Shown here piece by piece: positions 1-10,709 of a DNA stretch of 64,000 nt (its first letter is position 1; each line of letters starts with the position of its first letter). A model generated the notes under the pieces. The model was not told the origin of the DNA. It saw only the letters and a list, made by a program, of their open reading frames with translations, and did no database searches. The position numbers and the translations under genes were made by a program. The DNA comes from TPA_inf: Saccharomyces (lineage: Eukaryota): positions 96,001-160,000 of the forward strand of contig BK006948.2 in the NCBI GenBank assembly GCA_000146045.2. Direction: 5' to 3'.

Positions 1-361
1 CAATAGCCCCTAAGGAGTTGATTAAGCCAAAAACCGGGACCAGTCCCATAAACGCACCAAATACTACCAGCCATGCTTTTAACCCACCATCTGGGAACTC
101 TCTGTCATCATCATAAATCAAAGAGGCCTCTGGGGTGTTTAAAACTCTTGAGGTGACGTTCGTTAACTTATTAACGTCAAGATCTACTTGATCGCTGTTC
201 TTTTTCAAAATCGCGTCCGCTGCATTGAAGTTTGGATTATATCCTGAACTTGGGCCCTCCCTTGTCTCCAGCTCCACATCGTGATCTCTCGTAGATTGCG
301 CTTCGTGATCCTTTGAGAACAGGAACCTCTTGGAGTTAGCAATTATGGGAATGTTCAACAT
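1..361 (-). CDS. MCH4: Monocarboxylate-transporter-like MFS permease, N-terminal part. The ORF continues beyond the window start.
   Basis: Minus-strand reading frame from ATG (complement of 359..361) reads [23 protein letters not shown]...[29 protein letters not shown] (first TM helix of an MFS protein) and runs off the window edge. Identity inferred from its position upstream of YOL118C/RRI2 in the chrXV-L gene order. Confidence 0.6.
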
Positions 362-607
362 CCTCCGTTTGTTAAGTTTATGAAAAGCTCTTTCAATATG
401 GTTACAAATAAAACAGAATCAATACTTTCGAGGTTATTTGCCGTGTGCCAAGGAATATTTTCCTTCTCTGAAATAGGCCTTTTGTTATATTTTAGATTCG
501 CCTGTGACTCTTTGCCATCTCGCCTGTTAATTACCGCTCATAGGCACGGCTGACTAATTTGAAGCTATCGAAATTGCTATAAAAGGAAAACTCTCTTATC
601 ATCAAGA

Positions 608-916
608 TCAGGCGGATCTCCTGAGTTTCTGACCTATAGAGCCCCAAAAAATGGGATGACATGTACATATATAGTGGTCAACGTTAATATGAGTGGCCTC
701 CCAATGGTACAGATGAAAGAAAAATTTGTTTTTGGCTGTACGGAATTGCTTCGTATAGAAGAAGGTCTTATCTTTCATACGTGCTTTTATGTACTGGTTC
801 TTGCATCCAATCATCCTTATTAGTGTTTTCGTGCGGTCAATATAGCTCATTATGGAGTCGTTTATAATAAATTGACTACCCGCTGGAGGTTTGAGTTTTT
901 TCTTTCTAAAAGACAT
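608..916 (-). CDS. Small hypothetical ORF (102 aa), YOL118C-like. Protein-coding status uncertain.
   Basis: 102-aa ORF in the ORF track with no recognisable motif. Its position corresponds to the uncharacterised ORF between MCH4 and RRI2. Confidence 0.25.
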   Translation of the reverse strand: MSFRKKKLKPPAGSQFIINDSIMSYIDRTKTLIRMIGCKNQYIKARMKDKTFFYTKQFRTAKNKFFFHLYHWEATHINVDHYICTCHPIFWGSIGQKLRRSA

Positions 917-1550
917 TCAAGATCATACGGGGGGTAGACAACTCAGCCGTTTCCGGTAGTTATAGTCCATCAAGTGTTACCATAATACGACTGTAAAATT
1001 AGCCAATTCCTCGATGTCAAACATCCATTTATATACTGAGAAAATCTTTTATAGATGCCGCTTTTACTGCGACTAGAATTTCATCTATCGCACAATAGAA
1101 CGTTTTCTTCTAGGTTACTTGCTTTAGATAACTAATTCCTCGAAAGCAGTGACAGTGATCTTACACTTTCTGGATTTCATTATGGGAATGTCGAGTTTGA
1201 GATTCGAGTTTTATATGATGGCAACAAGATTGCACAAACTTACTTTCTTACCTTTTTCAAATTTGATCTCTTAATACACACTAAGTATATAATGAGTATA
1301 ACATTTGTGCATGTATGAGAGTAGTGGCCCATATATGATAACACTGGCGAAAGTACTCTGTAGCTAAATGCCAGGTTGGCACGTTTTTCTCGTTTGCCCA
1401 AAGTGCAGCTCCTTTTCGAAGAAATTTATCTGGTCCTCGCTGAAAAATATTATAAGGGGAGCTGGATCAATTGTTTTGTGATCTCTTTGACTAAATGAAC
1501 TATTGAAACGTTTGACGCGGTAAAAGGCAAAAAGGTTCACTATACACAAA

Positions 1551-3488
1551 ATGTCTGATGAAGATAACAATTATGACGACTTCATGTTATCGGATGACGA
1601 AGGCATGGAGTCAATTGAAATGGAGGAAGAAACCGATGATGAAGACAAACAAAACATTGAAATAAATGAAGACAATAGTCAGGATGATCAAGATCGAGGA
1701 GCGGCACGACATAAGCAACATGAACAAGGCACCTTCGAGAAACATGACAGAGTAGAAGATATTTGTGAAAGAATCTTTGAGCAAGGCCAAGCTCTCAAAG
1801 AAGACGAACGATATAAAGAGGCTCGCGATTTATTTTTAAAGATATATTACAAGGAAGAATTTTCATCTGACGAAAGTATAGAAAGGCTCATGACATGGAA
1901 ATTTAAATCACTTATTGAGATATTACGTTTAAGAGCCCTACAACTCTATTTTCAGAAAAACGGTGCACAGGATTTAGTTCTACAAATTTTAGAAGACACG
2001 GCAACTATGTCGGTTTTTTTACAAAGAATAGACTTTCAAATTGATGGAAATATATTTGAATTACTTTCTGATACTTTTGAGGTATTGGCACCCAAGTGGG
2101 AAAGAGTATTCTTGTTCGACATCGAGAAAGTTGATAGGGAAAATATGATCTGCAAAATTGATTTCCAAAAAAACTTCATGGATCAGTTTCAATGGATTTT
2201 AAGAAAGCCTGGCAAGGATTGTAAACTCCAAAATCTCCAGCGTATAATTAGAAAAAAGATATTTATTGCCGTTGTTTGGTATCAAAGGTTAACCATGGGG
2301 AATGTATTCACCCCGGAAATTTCTTCCCAAATAGAGATTCTTGTGAAAGATAATGAATGCTCTTCTTTTGAGGAAAATAATGATTTGGAAAGTGTATCTA
2401 TGTTACTGCAGTATTACATATTGGAGTATATGAACACTGCACGAATAAACAATAGAAGGTTGTTTAAGAAGTGCATTGACTTTTTTGAAATGTTGATATC
2501 TAAGTCGCTTACTTTCTCACAAGAATCTGGACTGATGGTAATATTATATACCTCTAAGATTGTATTCATTTTAGACTCTGATTCAGAGAATGATTTATCC
2601 TTTGCGCTGATGAGATATTATGATCGGAAAGAAGAGCTAAAAAATATGTTCCTCTATATCTTGAAACACTTGGAAGAGATGGGAAAACTTCGGGAGAGGG
2701 ATATTACCTCTTTGTTTCACAAGTTCATTCTTAGCGGCTTCATTTTCACGAGCATGATTCTAGAAGCAATTAGCACAGACAAGATTAATCCTTTTGGTTT
2801 CGAACAAGTGAAGATTGCGCTAGGCAGCCCTATTGTTAACGTATTAGAAGATGTCTACAGGTGCTTCGCACAACTGGAACTAAGACAGCTGAATGCAAGT
2901 ATATCTCTTATTCCTGAATTGTCCGTAGTACTAAGTGGAATTATTCAAGATATTTACTATCTGGCGCAGACATTAAAGTTGTGGAGAAAAATTGCACGAT
3001 TATACTCCTGTATCTCCATAAGTGACATTATAAGTATGCTGCAAATAAGTGATGACAATGAAATGACAAGAGATGATTTGCTAACAATTTTAATGAGGTC
3101 AATAATGAAAAATAGATCGGTTGTGTATTTTAAGTTAGATTTGACAAGTGATTTAGTCTATTTCGGAGACGAGAATAAAGTCATGCTACCGAGATGTTCT
3201 AAAGAAGAATTTCGTCTTATGATCTCTCCCAAGGATGAAGAAACCACTGAAAAGGCCAGGCTAATAGATTTTGAGTACGTTAACGATGTCGCGATTTATA
3301 ATAACCCAACAAGAATAAGAACCAAATCCTCTAAAGAATTTTTCAATACATTAAGAAAATCTAGGGAAACTGTAAAATTACCGAGGGTAAGCAACCAGTC
3401 GAATGAAGATACTTTTCTACCATCGTATATGAAGTTTTCCAACAAGTACCTCGAGCTGTGCAAACTGGCCTCTAACAATCTGGAATAG
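1551..3488 (+). CDS. RRI2: COP9 signalosome subunit (Csn10/Rri2), 645 aa
   Basis: 645-aa ORF with a very acidic N-terminus (MSDEDNNYDDFMLSDDEGMES...). Length and position (immediately upstream of MSN1 and PAP2) match RRI2/CSN10. Assignment is by recall of locus order, not by a diagnostic motif. Confidence 0.75.
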   Translation: MSDEDNNYDDFMLSDDEGMESIEMEEETDDEDKQNIEINEDNSQDDQDRGAARHKQHEQGTFEKHDRVEDICERIFEQGQALKEDERYKEARDLFLKIYYKEEFSSDESIERLMTWKFKSLIEILRLRALQLYFQKNGAQDLVLQILEDTATMSVFLQRIDFQIDGNIFELLSDTFEVLAPKWERVFLFDIEKVDRENMICKIDFQKNFMDQFQWILRKPGKDCKLQNLQRIIRKKIFIAVVWYQRLTMGNVFTPEISSQIEILVKDNECSSFEENNDLESVSMLLQYYILEYMNTARINNRRLFKKCIDFFEMLISKSLTFSQESGLMVILYTSKIVFILDSDSENDLSFALMRYYDRKEELKNMFLYILKHLEEMGKLRERDITSLFHKFILSGFIFTSMILEAISTDKINPFGFEQVKIALGSPIVNVLEDVYRCFAQLELRQLNASISLIPELSVVLSGIIQDIYYLAQTLKLWRKIARLYSCISISDIISMLQISDDNEMTRDDLLTILMRSIMKNRSVVYFKLDLTSDLVYFGDENKVMLPRCSKEEFRLMISPKDEETTEKARLIDFEYVNDVAIYNNPTRIRTKSSKEFFNTLRKSRETVKLPRVSNQSNEDTFLPSYMKFSNKYLELCKLASNNLE

Positions 3489-3808
3489 AATGTCGATCAG
3501 GCACGTTCGTGTAAACATTACGATTTTGGAATTCCACTTACATAAGATAGCTTCTTTGTAAAAGCCGTTCGAAGATTTCGTTTATAGTGATGCTTTTTCT
3601 GGAGAGATTTAAGATAATAAGGATATGTGGAAGGAAATGAAAATGTACACCTACAAAGCGTTGATGGTATGGAAACTATCGACCATAGTTTGTTAAACAG
3701 GAAATATTTGCTTGAGGGTAAAGTGTTCTGATTCATTATACAAAGCCCCTTGCTTATAAGAAAAGAAACCAAATCAGAAAAGGAGATTATTTCAAGGTAG
3801 GCATCGAA

Positions 3809-4957
3809 ATGGCAAGTAACCAGCACATAGGAGCTTCAAACCTAAATGAGAATGAGGCTATATTAACCAACCGCGTTGCTGAGCTGGAAAGGCGTATGTC
3901 GATGTTTGAGGGTATATTTCACGCGTTAAGTAACCGTCTCGATCTTCACTTTAAAAAATATGATGTAGTGGTAAACTCCCAACAGCAACAAATCAACGAA
4001 CTGACCGCGTTTTTATCAACATTGCTGAATGACCAACAACGCCACGCTGAAATTCTCAGTGAAAAATTAAGCGGAACGTTGCATGGGGTGTCAGCTACGT
4101 CAATATCCTTAAGCCAAACTCTTGACCCACAAGGCTTCACTGATGGAACTACGGCACCAGGAGCTCCTAGGAATTATACTTCAGTGCCTATGAATAATGA
4201 TCAAACTGCTCATCCGCAAAATGAAGGAGCTGTTAGTAATGAAACACTTTTTGAGGACATTTTGAATGGAAATTCACAAGAAAATGATAAGAGTCAACAA
4301 CAAACTAACAGCTCAAATTCTATAAGCCAAGAAAATAATAGCACCAACCCTTCAGTGGACACTCGGTTCAACAAGCCGCAAAATTATAATTCCAATTTAG
4401 TCCCATCCTTGGAAGAGTATTCAGCAAATCCACCTAACAATGATGGTGGCCAAAGTCAAGGACTGTACATAAGCAGCAACTCTTCTCAATCACGGCAGTC
4501 TCCTAATCTCCAGAAAGTTTCTCCTAACCATGAAAATGCGGTTGAATCAAATGCACAAGAGAGCGTGCCGACATTTGAGGAGGAACAGTATGAGACTAAA
4601 ACAGGATTGAAACGGAAACGAATAGTCTGCACAAGACCCTTCGAATTTATCAAGTCACCACACTCTGTGATGGAGGTTTGGAAGGAGTATACAGAAGGTG
4701 TTAACGGGCAGCCTTCTATAAGGAAAATGGAAGCTCTTTATCAAACGGCATGGAGGCGAGATCCAGCAGTAAATAAAAGATATTCGAGAAGAAAGGTTCT
4801 TTGGAAAGCCATTCAAACTGGCCTTAATCGTGGGTATTCATTAAACTATGTTGTTGAAATATTAGAAAACTCAAGATATGTTAATGATAAACAGAAGGTT
4901 AAACAACCTATTGGTTGGTTATGCCACAGTTCTCATATTCCAGAGACTTTGAAGTGA
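3809..4957 (+). CDS. MSN1: Transcriptional activator Msn1, 382 aa
   Basis: 382-aa ORF starting MASNQHIGASNLNENEAILTNRVAELERRM, with an N/Q/S-rich middle region. Length and position match MSN1 (YOL116W). Confidence 0.8.
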   Translation: MASNQHIGASNLNENEAILTNRVAELERRMSMFEGIFHALSNRLDLHFKKYDVVVNSQQQQINELTAFLSTLLNDQQRHAEILSEKLSGTLHGVSATSISLSQTLDPQGFTDGTTAPGAPRNYTSVPMNNDQTAHPQNEGAVSNETLFEDILNGNSQENDKSQQQTNSSNSISQENNSTNPSVDTRFNKPQNYNSNLVPSLEEYSANPPNNDGGQSQGLYISSNSSQSRQSPNLQKVSPNHENAVESNAQESVPTFEEEQYETKTGLKRKRIVCTRPFEFIKSPHSVMEVWKEYTEGVNGQPSIRKMEALYQTAWRRDPAVNKRYSRRKVLWKAIQTGLNRGYSLNYVVEILENSRYVNDKQKVKQPIGWLCHSSHIPETLK

Positions 4958-5474
4958 CATTTGCTTCTTGTGTATTCACCTTTATCCCAAATTAGCCCTT
5001 GTAACACTTATGCTTTTCTTAATAAATTAATAATTGGACTTTCCTTTAAAGTGGGTTGTATCTGTAACAATAATCTCTAATAATATCCTATAAAACTCAG
5101 AAGTCAGCCAACAACAATTGTATACGTATACATATCTATATAATATGCCTTGTACTTTACGCTCTTGAATTTAGAATAGCTGAACACCTAACTGAATTTA
5201 AGTAAAGGATCCCAAGCGTGAGATATTTAGGTTTACTCAGTTTTCTTATCTTGCCTTTTGATTATCACGTTGAGTGTCGAAGAAACCTGTATTCATCCTC
5301 GGCTTCTTGTATATGATTCTAAAATAATGTGTGAAAAAAAAAATAAAATAAAAAAAAGAGGAAAATAATATAGAATAACTATTAAGTTTCATTAAAAAAA
5401 AACCATTTGAATATACGACCAAAAACGTTACGCTTTCATAAAGTGTGAATAAGCAAGGGAACTATACTTGAAAT

Positions 5475-7229
5475 ATGGGGGCAAAGAGTGTAACAGCCTC
5501 TTCTTCAAAGAAGATTAAAAACCGGCATAATGGGAAAGTGAAAAAGAGCAAGAAAATCAAGAAAGTACGGAAACCACAGAAGTCTATATCCTTGAACGAC
5601 GAAAACGAAGTAGAGATTTTACCTAGTCGTAATGAGCAAGAGACAAATAAATTACCTAAAGATCACGTCACGGCGGATGGAATTCTTGTATTAGAACATA
5701 AATCTGATGATGATGAAGGATTCGATGTCTACGATGGACATTTCGATAACCCTACTGATATTCCCTCGACTACTGAAGAAAGTAAAACGCCTTCATTAGC
5801 AGTGCACGGGGATGAGAAGGATCTTGCTAACAATGATGATTTTATCTCTCTTTCTGCTAGTTCTGAGGATGAGCAAGCCGAACAGGAAGAGGAGAGGGAG
5901 AAACAAGAATTAGAAATTAAAAAAGAAAAGCAAAAGGAAATCCTTAATACTGATTATCCATGGATTTTAAATCATGATCACTCCAAACAGAAAGAAATCT
6001 CGGACTGGCTAACCTTTGAAATCAAGGATTTTGTTGCCTATATCTCACCAAGTCGTGAAGAAATTGAAATTCGTAATCAAACCATAAGTACAATAAGAGA
6101 GGCTGTCAAACAGTTATGGCCAGATGCTGATTTGCACGTGTTTGGATCATATTCTACCGATTTGTATTTGCCTGGTTCCGATATTGATTGCGTGGTAACG
6201 AGCGAACTTGGTGGTAAGGAAAGTAGGAATAACTTGTATTCGTTAGCAAGCCATTTAAAAAAAAAAAATTTGGCAACAGAGGTTGAAGTTGTCGCCAAAG
6301 CTCGCGTTCCAATCATCAAGTTTGTTGAGCCACATTCAGGGATCCACATAGATGTTTCATTTGAGAGAACAAATGGTATTGAAGCAGCAAAGCTTATTAG
6401 AGAGTGGTTGGACGATACCCCCGGCCTGAGAGAATTAGTCCTTATCGTAAAACAATTCCTACACGCAAGAAGACTAAATAATGTGCATACCGGTGGTCTT
6501 GGTGGGTTTAGTATTATATGTCTTGTCTTTTCCTTTTTGCATATGCACCCACGTATAATAACTAACGAAATAGATCCAAAGGACAACTTGGGTGTGCTCC
6601 TGATAGAGTTTTTTGAACTTTATGGGAAAAATTTTGGTTATGATGATGTTGCACTGGGATCATCGGATGGATATCCAGTATACTTTCCAAAATCGACATG
6701 GAGTGCTATTCAGCCTATTAAAAATCCATTTTCATTGGCCATTCAAGATCCAGGTGATGAATCAAATAACATCAGTCGAGGGTCCTTTAACATTCGAGAT
6801 ATTAAAAAGGCATTTGCTGGTGCTTTTGATCTGTTGACGAATAGATGTTTTGAATTACATTCAGCAACTTTTAAGGATCGATTGGGGAAAAGTATATTGG
6901 GAAACGTGATCAAATATCGTGGAAAGGCAAGAGATTTCAAGGATGAAAGAGGTCTAGTACTGAATAAGGCTATTATTGAAAATGAAAACTATCACAAGAA
7001 ACGTAGCAGAATAATTCATGATGAAGATTTTGCCGAAGATACAGTTACCTCCACAGCCACCGCTACCACAACAGATGATGATTATGAAATAACGAACCCA
7101 CCTGCTAAGAAGGCTAAAATAGAAGAAAAACCTGAAAGTGAACCGGCCAAGAGAAATAGTGGAGAGACATATATCACTGTCTCTAGCGAAGATGATGATG
7201 AAGATGGATATAATCCTTATACCCTTTAA
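5475..7229 (+). CDS. PAP2: Non-canonical poly(A) polymerase of the TRAMP complex (Trf4/Pap2), 584 aa
   Basis: 584-aa ORF with a Pol-beta-type nucleotidyltransferase signature (HVFGSYSTDLYLPGSDIDCVVTSE) followed by a PAP/25A-associated region. Lys-rich N-terminus and acidic C-terminus. Matches TRF4/PAP2 (YOL115W). Confidence 0.9.
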   Translation: MGAKSVTASSSKKIKNRHNGKVKKSKKIKKVRKPQKSISLNDENEVEILPSRNEQETNKLPKDHVTADGILVLEHKSDDDEGFDVYDGHFDNPTDIPSTTEESKTPSLAVHGDEKDLANNDDFISLSASSEDEQAEQEEEREKQELEIKKEKQKEILNTDYPWILNHDHSKQKEISDWLTFEIKDFVAYISPSREEIEIRNQTISTIREAVKQLWPDADLHVFGSYSTDLYLPGSDIDCVVTSELGGKESRNNLYSLASHLKKKNLATEVEVVAKARVPIIKFVEPHSGIHIDVSFERTNGIEAAKLIREWLDDTPGLRELVLIVKQFLHARRLNNVHTGGLGGFSIICLVFSFLHMHPRIITNEIDPKDNLGVLLIEFFELYGKNFGYDDVALGSSDGYPVYFPKSTWSAIQPIKNPFSLAIQDPGDESNNISRGSFNIRDIKKAFAGAFDLLTNRCFELHSATFKDRLGKSILGNVIKYRGKARDFKDERGLVLNKAIIENENYHKKRSRIIHDEDFAEDTVTSTATATTTDDDYEITNPPAKKAKIEEKPESEPAKRNSGETYITVSSEDDDEDGYNPYTL

Positions 7230-7316
7230 TATGTGCCTTTTTGTTTAAATGATGCACTGAACTGTACATCACTGTGTACCTGGATAGAATGTGTGTTTAA
7301 ATATGCGTATTATGTA

Positions 7317-7925
7317 TTAATAATTGAATTTAATTTTACTTCTGTTTTTCTTTTTATCGCTGTGAACTTTTTTGTCAAGAAGTCGCTCTTTGTTGGCTTT
7401 CTCTTTTATTTTATTCCATTTCTTTGAGGTCTCAGCAGTGGTATCATTAGGAAATTGGCACGTTTGCCGAATTTCTTGAACCAACTTCTCGAAGCATTTT
7501 AATTTGTTGGTTTCCCTTGACCTAGTTTCATCAGATTGAATTACTATAGAATCGCTGCCCTTAGCGTAGTATCGAAACCTGCCGCTACTTAAGATGTTTC
7601 TCACTTCCTGAGGAATCCAAGCACAGTTTGATAAACCAGAAAGTGTCAAAGTACATTTACTATTTACCTTATTAACGTTTTGGCCTCCTGGCCCGCTGGC
7701 TCTATCGTAACGTAAAATAAATTGATTTAAGGGCAAGCCCGTTACGTTAAGTGCTCCTACCCAGTTTCTTGCCTGGACGAAGTCAGATTTCTTTCCGATC
7801 TTTTTATTACTAATCAATCTGACTGCCTCTTCAACGAACTGTTGTTTCTTGCAGTGCAACATTGGTTGAAGTACAAACAGAGGGGAGCGCCCAGTAAGTT
7901 TAAACTTTCCCATCAATGTTGTCAT
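7317..7925 (-). CDS. YOL114C: Peptidyl-tRNA hydrolase / class I release-factor-domain protein (ICT1-like, GGQ motif), 202 aa
   Basis: 202-aa ORF containing the RF-1 domain GGQ motif (ASGPGGQNVNKVNSKCTL) and a basic C-terminal tail. Matches YOL114C. Confidence 0.85.
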   Translation of the reverse strand: MTTLMGKFKLTGRSPLFVLQPMLHCKKQQFVEEAVRLISNKKIGKKSDFVQARNWVGALNVTGLPLNQFILRYDRASGPGGQNVNKVNSKCTLTLSGLSNCAWIPQEVRNILSSGRFRYYAKGSDSIVIQSDETRSRETNKLKCFEKLVQEIRQTCQFPNDTTAETSKKWNKIKEKANKERLLDKKVHSDKKKNRSKIKFNY

Positions 7926-8325
7926 ATGATATTTCTTGGCGTGTTTCCCTTCAATTTACTGAAAGGCAAACAGTAATGTTAAGGATTCTGTTGTTTTTTT
8001 TTACCGTATACGCTTGATTTCGTCAGCCCCTTGGAAGACACGAAATGTTGACTATCCGCTTCCAGATCTGGTAAAAGATTGATTTGCGATAATTCCTGTT
8101 GTTGTCATCACGGGTGTTATGGTTTGTTGTAAACTAAAAAAAGAATGAAGGAACAGGACGCAGATTCATCTAATCAAGTTCTGTGGGGAGGTCCCCAGTG
8201 GTAAGTGAATAAATATTCGCTTTATGAAGACCTACACCTGGTTTTCTCAATGGATCAGACGATAAGTACAATTTTTGTAGAGCTATACTCGAGGACAATC
8301 AGACAAAACGAAAGAATATCTTTCG

Positions 8326-10293
8326 ATGAAGGGCGTAAAAAAGGAAGGATGGATATCTTATAAAGTTGATGGATTGTTTTCGTTCTTATGGCAAAAGAGA
8401 TACTTGGTACTGAATGATTCGTATTTAGCATTTTACAAAAGTGATAAGTGCAATGAGGAACCAGTCTTATCTGTGCCTTTGACTAGTATAACAAATGTTA
8501 GCAGAATACAATTGAAACAAAATTGTTTTGAGATTCTTCGGGCAACAGATCAAAAAGAGAACATATCCCCCATAAACTCCTACTTTTATGAATCAAATTC
8601 CAAAAGATCGATATTCATTTCCACAAGAACCGAACGGGATTTGCATGGCTGGCTTGATGCCATTTTTGCCAAATGTCCTCTCCTTAGTGGTGTTTCATCA
8701 CCAACAAATTTTACACACAAAGTACACGTTGGGTTCGACCCAAAAGTGGGAAACTTTGTTGGAGTACCTGATAGTTGGGCTAAACTACTACAAACCTCAG
8801 AAATTACGTACGACGATTGGAACAGAAACTCAAAAGCTGTTATTAAAGCACTGCAATTTTATGAAGATTACAATGGACTGGACACAATGCAATTCAATGA
8901 TCACCTCAACACAAGCTTAGACTTGAAACCTTTAAAAAGTCCGACAAGGTATATTATAAACAAGAGGACTAATTCCATCAAGAGATCAGTAAGTAGGACG
9001 CTCCGAAAAGGCAAAACAGATTCCATTTTACCCGTCTATCAATCAGAACTTAAACCATTCCCAAGGCCTAGTGATGATGATTATAAGTTTACCAACATAG
9101 AGGACAATAAAGTACGCGAAGAAGGCAGGGTGCATGTTAGTAAAGAAAGCACGGCAGATTCCCAGACAAAGCAGTTAGGAAAGAAGGAACAGAAAGTCAT
9201 TCAAAGCCATCTGCGAAGGCATGATAATAATTCAACATTTAGACCTCATCGACTAGCACCATCTGCACCTGCTACAAAAAATCATGATAGTAAAACTAAA
9301 TGGCATAAGGAGGATCTCCTTGAACTTAAGAATAATGATGATTCGAATGAAATAATAATGAAGATGAAAACTGTTGCAATTGATGTAAACCCAAGACCGT
9401 ATTTCCAACTGGTAGAAAAGGCTGGTCAAGGAGCAAGTGGTGCAGTATACCTGTCAAAGCGAATAAAATTACCTCAAGAAAATGACCCGAGATTCTTGAA
9501 ATCACATTGCCACCGAGTCGTAGGCGAAAGAGTGGCCATTAAGCAGATACGTTTATCTGAACAACCAAAGAAACAATTGATTATGAATGAACTCCTAGTG
9601 ATGAATGATTCGCGCCAAGAAAATATCGTTAATTTCCTTGAAGCCTATATTATTGATGACGAAGAGTTATGGGTGATAATGGAGTACATGGAAGGTGGCT
9701 GCTTAACAGATATATTGGATGCTGTAGCAAGGAGCAATACCGGTGAGCACTCATCGCCGTTAAACGAAAACCAAATGGCATATATAGTAAAAGAGACGTG
9801 CCAAGGTTTGAAGTTTTTGCATAACAAGAAAATTATCCATCGAGATATCAAATCTGATAATATCCTTCTGAATTCCCAAGGGTTAGTGAAAATTACAGAC
9901 TTCGGTTTTTGTGTGGAATTAACAGAAAAAAGAAGCAAGCGTGCCACAATGGTAGGTACTCCATATTGGATGGCACCTGAAATAGTGAATCAAAAGGGAT
10001 ATGATGAAAAAGTCGACGTTTGGTCTCTAGGGATAATGCTTATTGAGATGATAGAAGGTGAACCGCCTTACCTAAATGAGGATCCTTTGAAGGCGCTGTA
10101 TCTGATAGCTAACAACGGTTCACCAAAATTGCGTCATCCAGAGTCAGTGTCCAAGCAAACCAAACAATTCTTAGATGCCTGTTTGCAAGTGAATGTCGAA
10201 TCAAGAGCATCCGTGAGAAAACTACTAACGTTTGAATTTTTGTCAATGGCATGCAGCCCTGAGCAGCTCAAAGTATCCTTAAAGTGGCATTGA
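8326..10293 (+). CDS. SKM1: PAK-family (Ste20-like) Ser/Thr kinase with N-terminal PH domain and CRIB motif, 655 aa
   Basis: 655-aa ORF with a CRIB motif (ISSPTNFTHKVHVGFDPKVGNFVGVPDSW) and a C-terminal kinase domain (GQGASGAVY...VAIKQ; HRDIKSDNILL; DFGFC; GTPYWMAPE). Matches SKM1 (YOL113W). Confidence 0.9.
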   Translation: MKGVKKEGWISYKVDGLFSFLWQKRYLVLNDSYLAFYKSDKCNEEPVLSVPLTSITNVSRIQLKQNCFEILRATDQKENISPINSYFYESNSKRSIFISTRTERDLHGWLDAIFAKCPLLSGVSSPTNFTHKVHVGFDPKVGNFVGVPDSWAKLLQTSEITYDDWNRNSKAVIKALQFYEDYNGLDTMQFNDHLNTSLDLKPLKSPTRYIINKRTNSIKRSVSRTLRKGKTDSILPVYQSELKPFPRPSDDDYKFTNIEDNKVREEGRVHVSKESTADSQTKQLGKKEQKVIQSHLRRHDNNSTFRPHRLAPSAPATKNHDSKTKWHKEDLLELKNNDDSNEIIMKMKTVAIDVNPRPYFQLVEKAGQGASGAVYLSKRIKLPQENDPRFLKSHCHRVVGERVAIKQIRLSEQPKKQLIMNELLVMNDSRQENIVNFLEAYIIDDEELWVIMEYMEGGCLTDILDAVARSNTGEHSSPLNENQMAYIVKETCQGLKFLHNKKIIHRDIKSDNILLNSQGLVKITDFGFCVELTEKRSKRATMVGTPYWMAPEIVNQKGYDEKVDVWSLGIMLIEMIEGEPPYLNEDPLKALYLIANNGSPKLRHPESVSKQTKQFLDACLQVNVESRASVRKLLTFEFLSMACSPEQLKVSLKWH

Positions 10294-10709
10294 AATTTAG
10301 CTTTTTTTTATTTAGGAGAAACAATATATATATATATGTATATACGTATGTATGATTCATATTTTAATCGCATTTTTATTTCATCTAAAACAATTACTCT
10401 TTTTGATTATTTATAGAAAAAAAACAACAATGATACGTTTGCTTCGCGTTATGTCAATAGAAAATGTAAAAGGAAAAAGAATGTGTTGCTATTCGTTAGG
10501 CGGATTTACGGATGGAAGACATATCTATGAACTGAGCTTACAAACGCTTTTAGCGGGGACAGTTAATCATTTTACGGATGATTTTATAAGAATAAACTAT
10601 TTTTGAAAAGTTAGGATAGTATTTTGTACATTTGGCACCGAAGTAATTCAAAATCGAGGAAGACTCGCACACTTTTACAATCACAGAAGGCAAAACCCGG
10701 CATGACAGG

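Noticed and set aside
8190-8230. GTAAGT about 125 bp upstream of the SKM1 ATG, considered as a possible 5' splice site for a 5'-UTR intron
   Set aside because: No TACTAAC branch point or plausible 3' splice site follows. GTAAGT is a non-preferred donor in yeast.
8588-8920. 110-aa ORF inside SKM1 in another frame
   Set aside because: Internal alternative-frame ORF of a well-supported kinase gene. No evidence.
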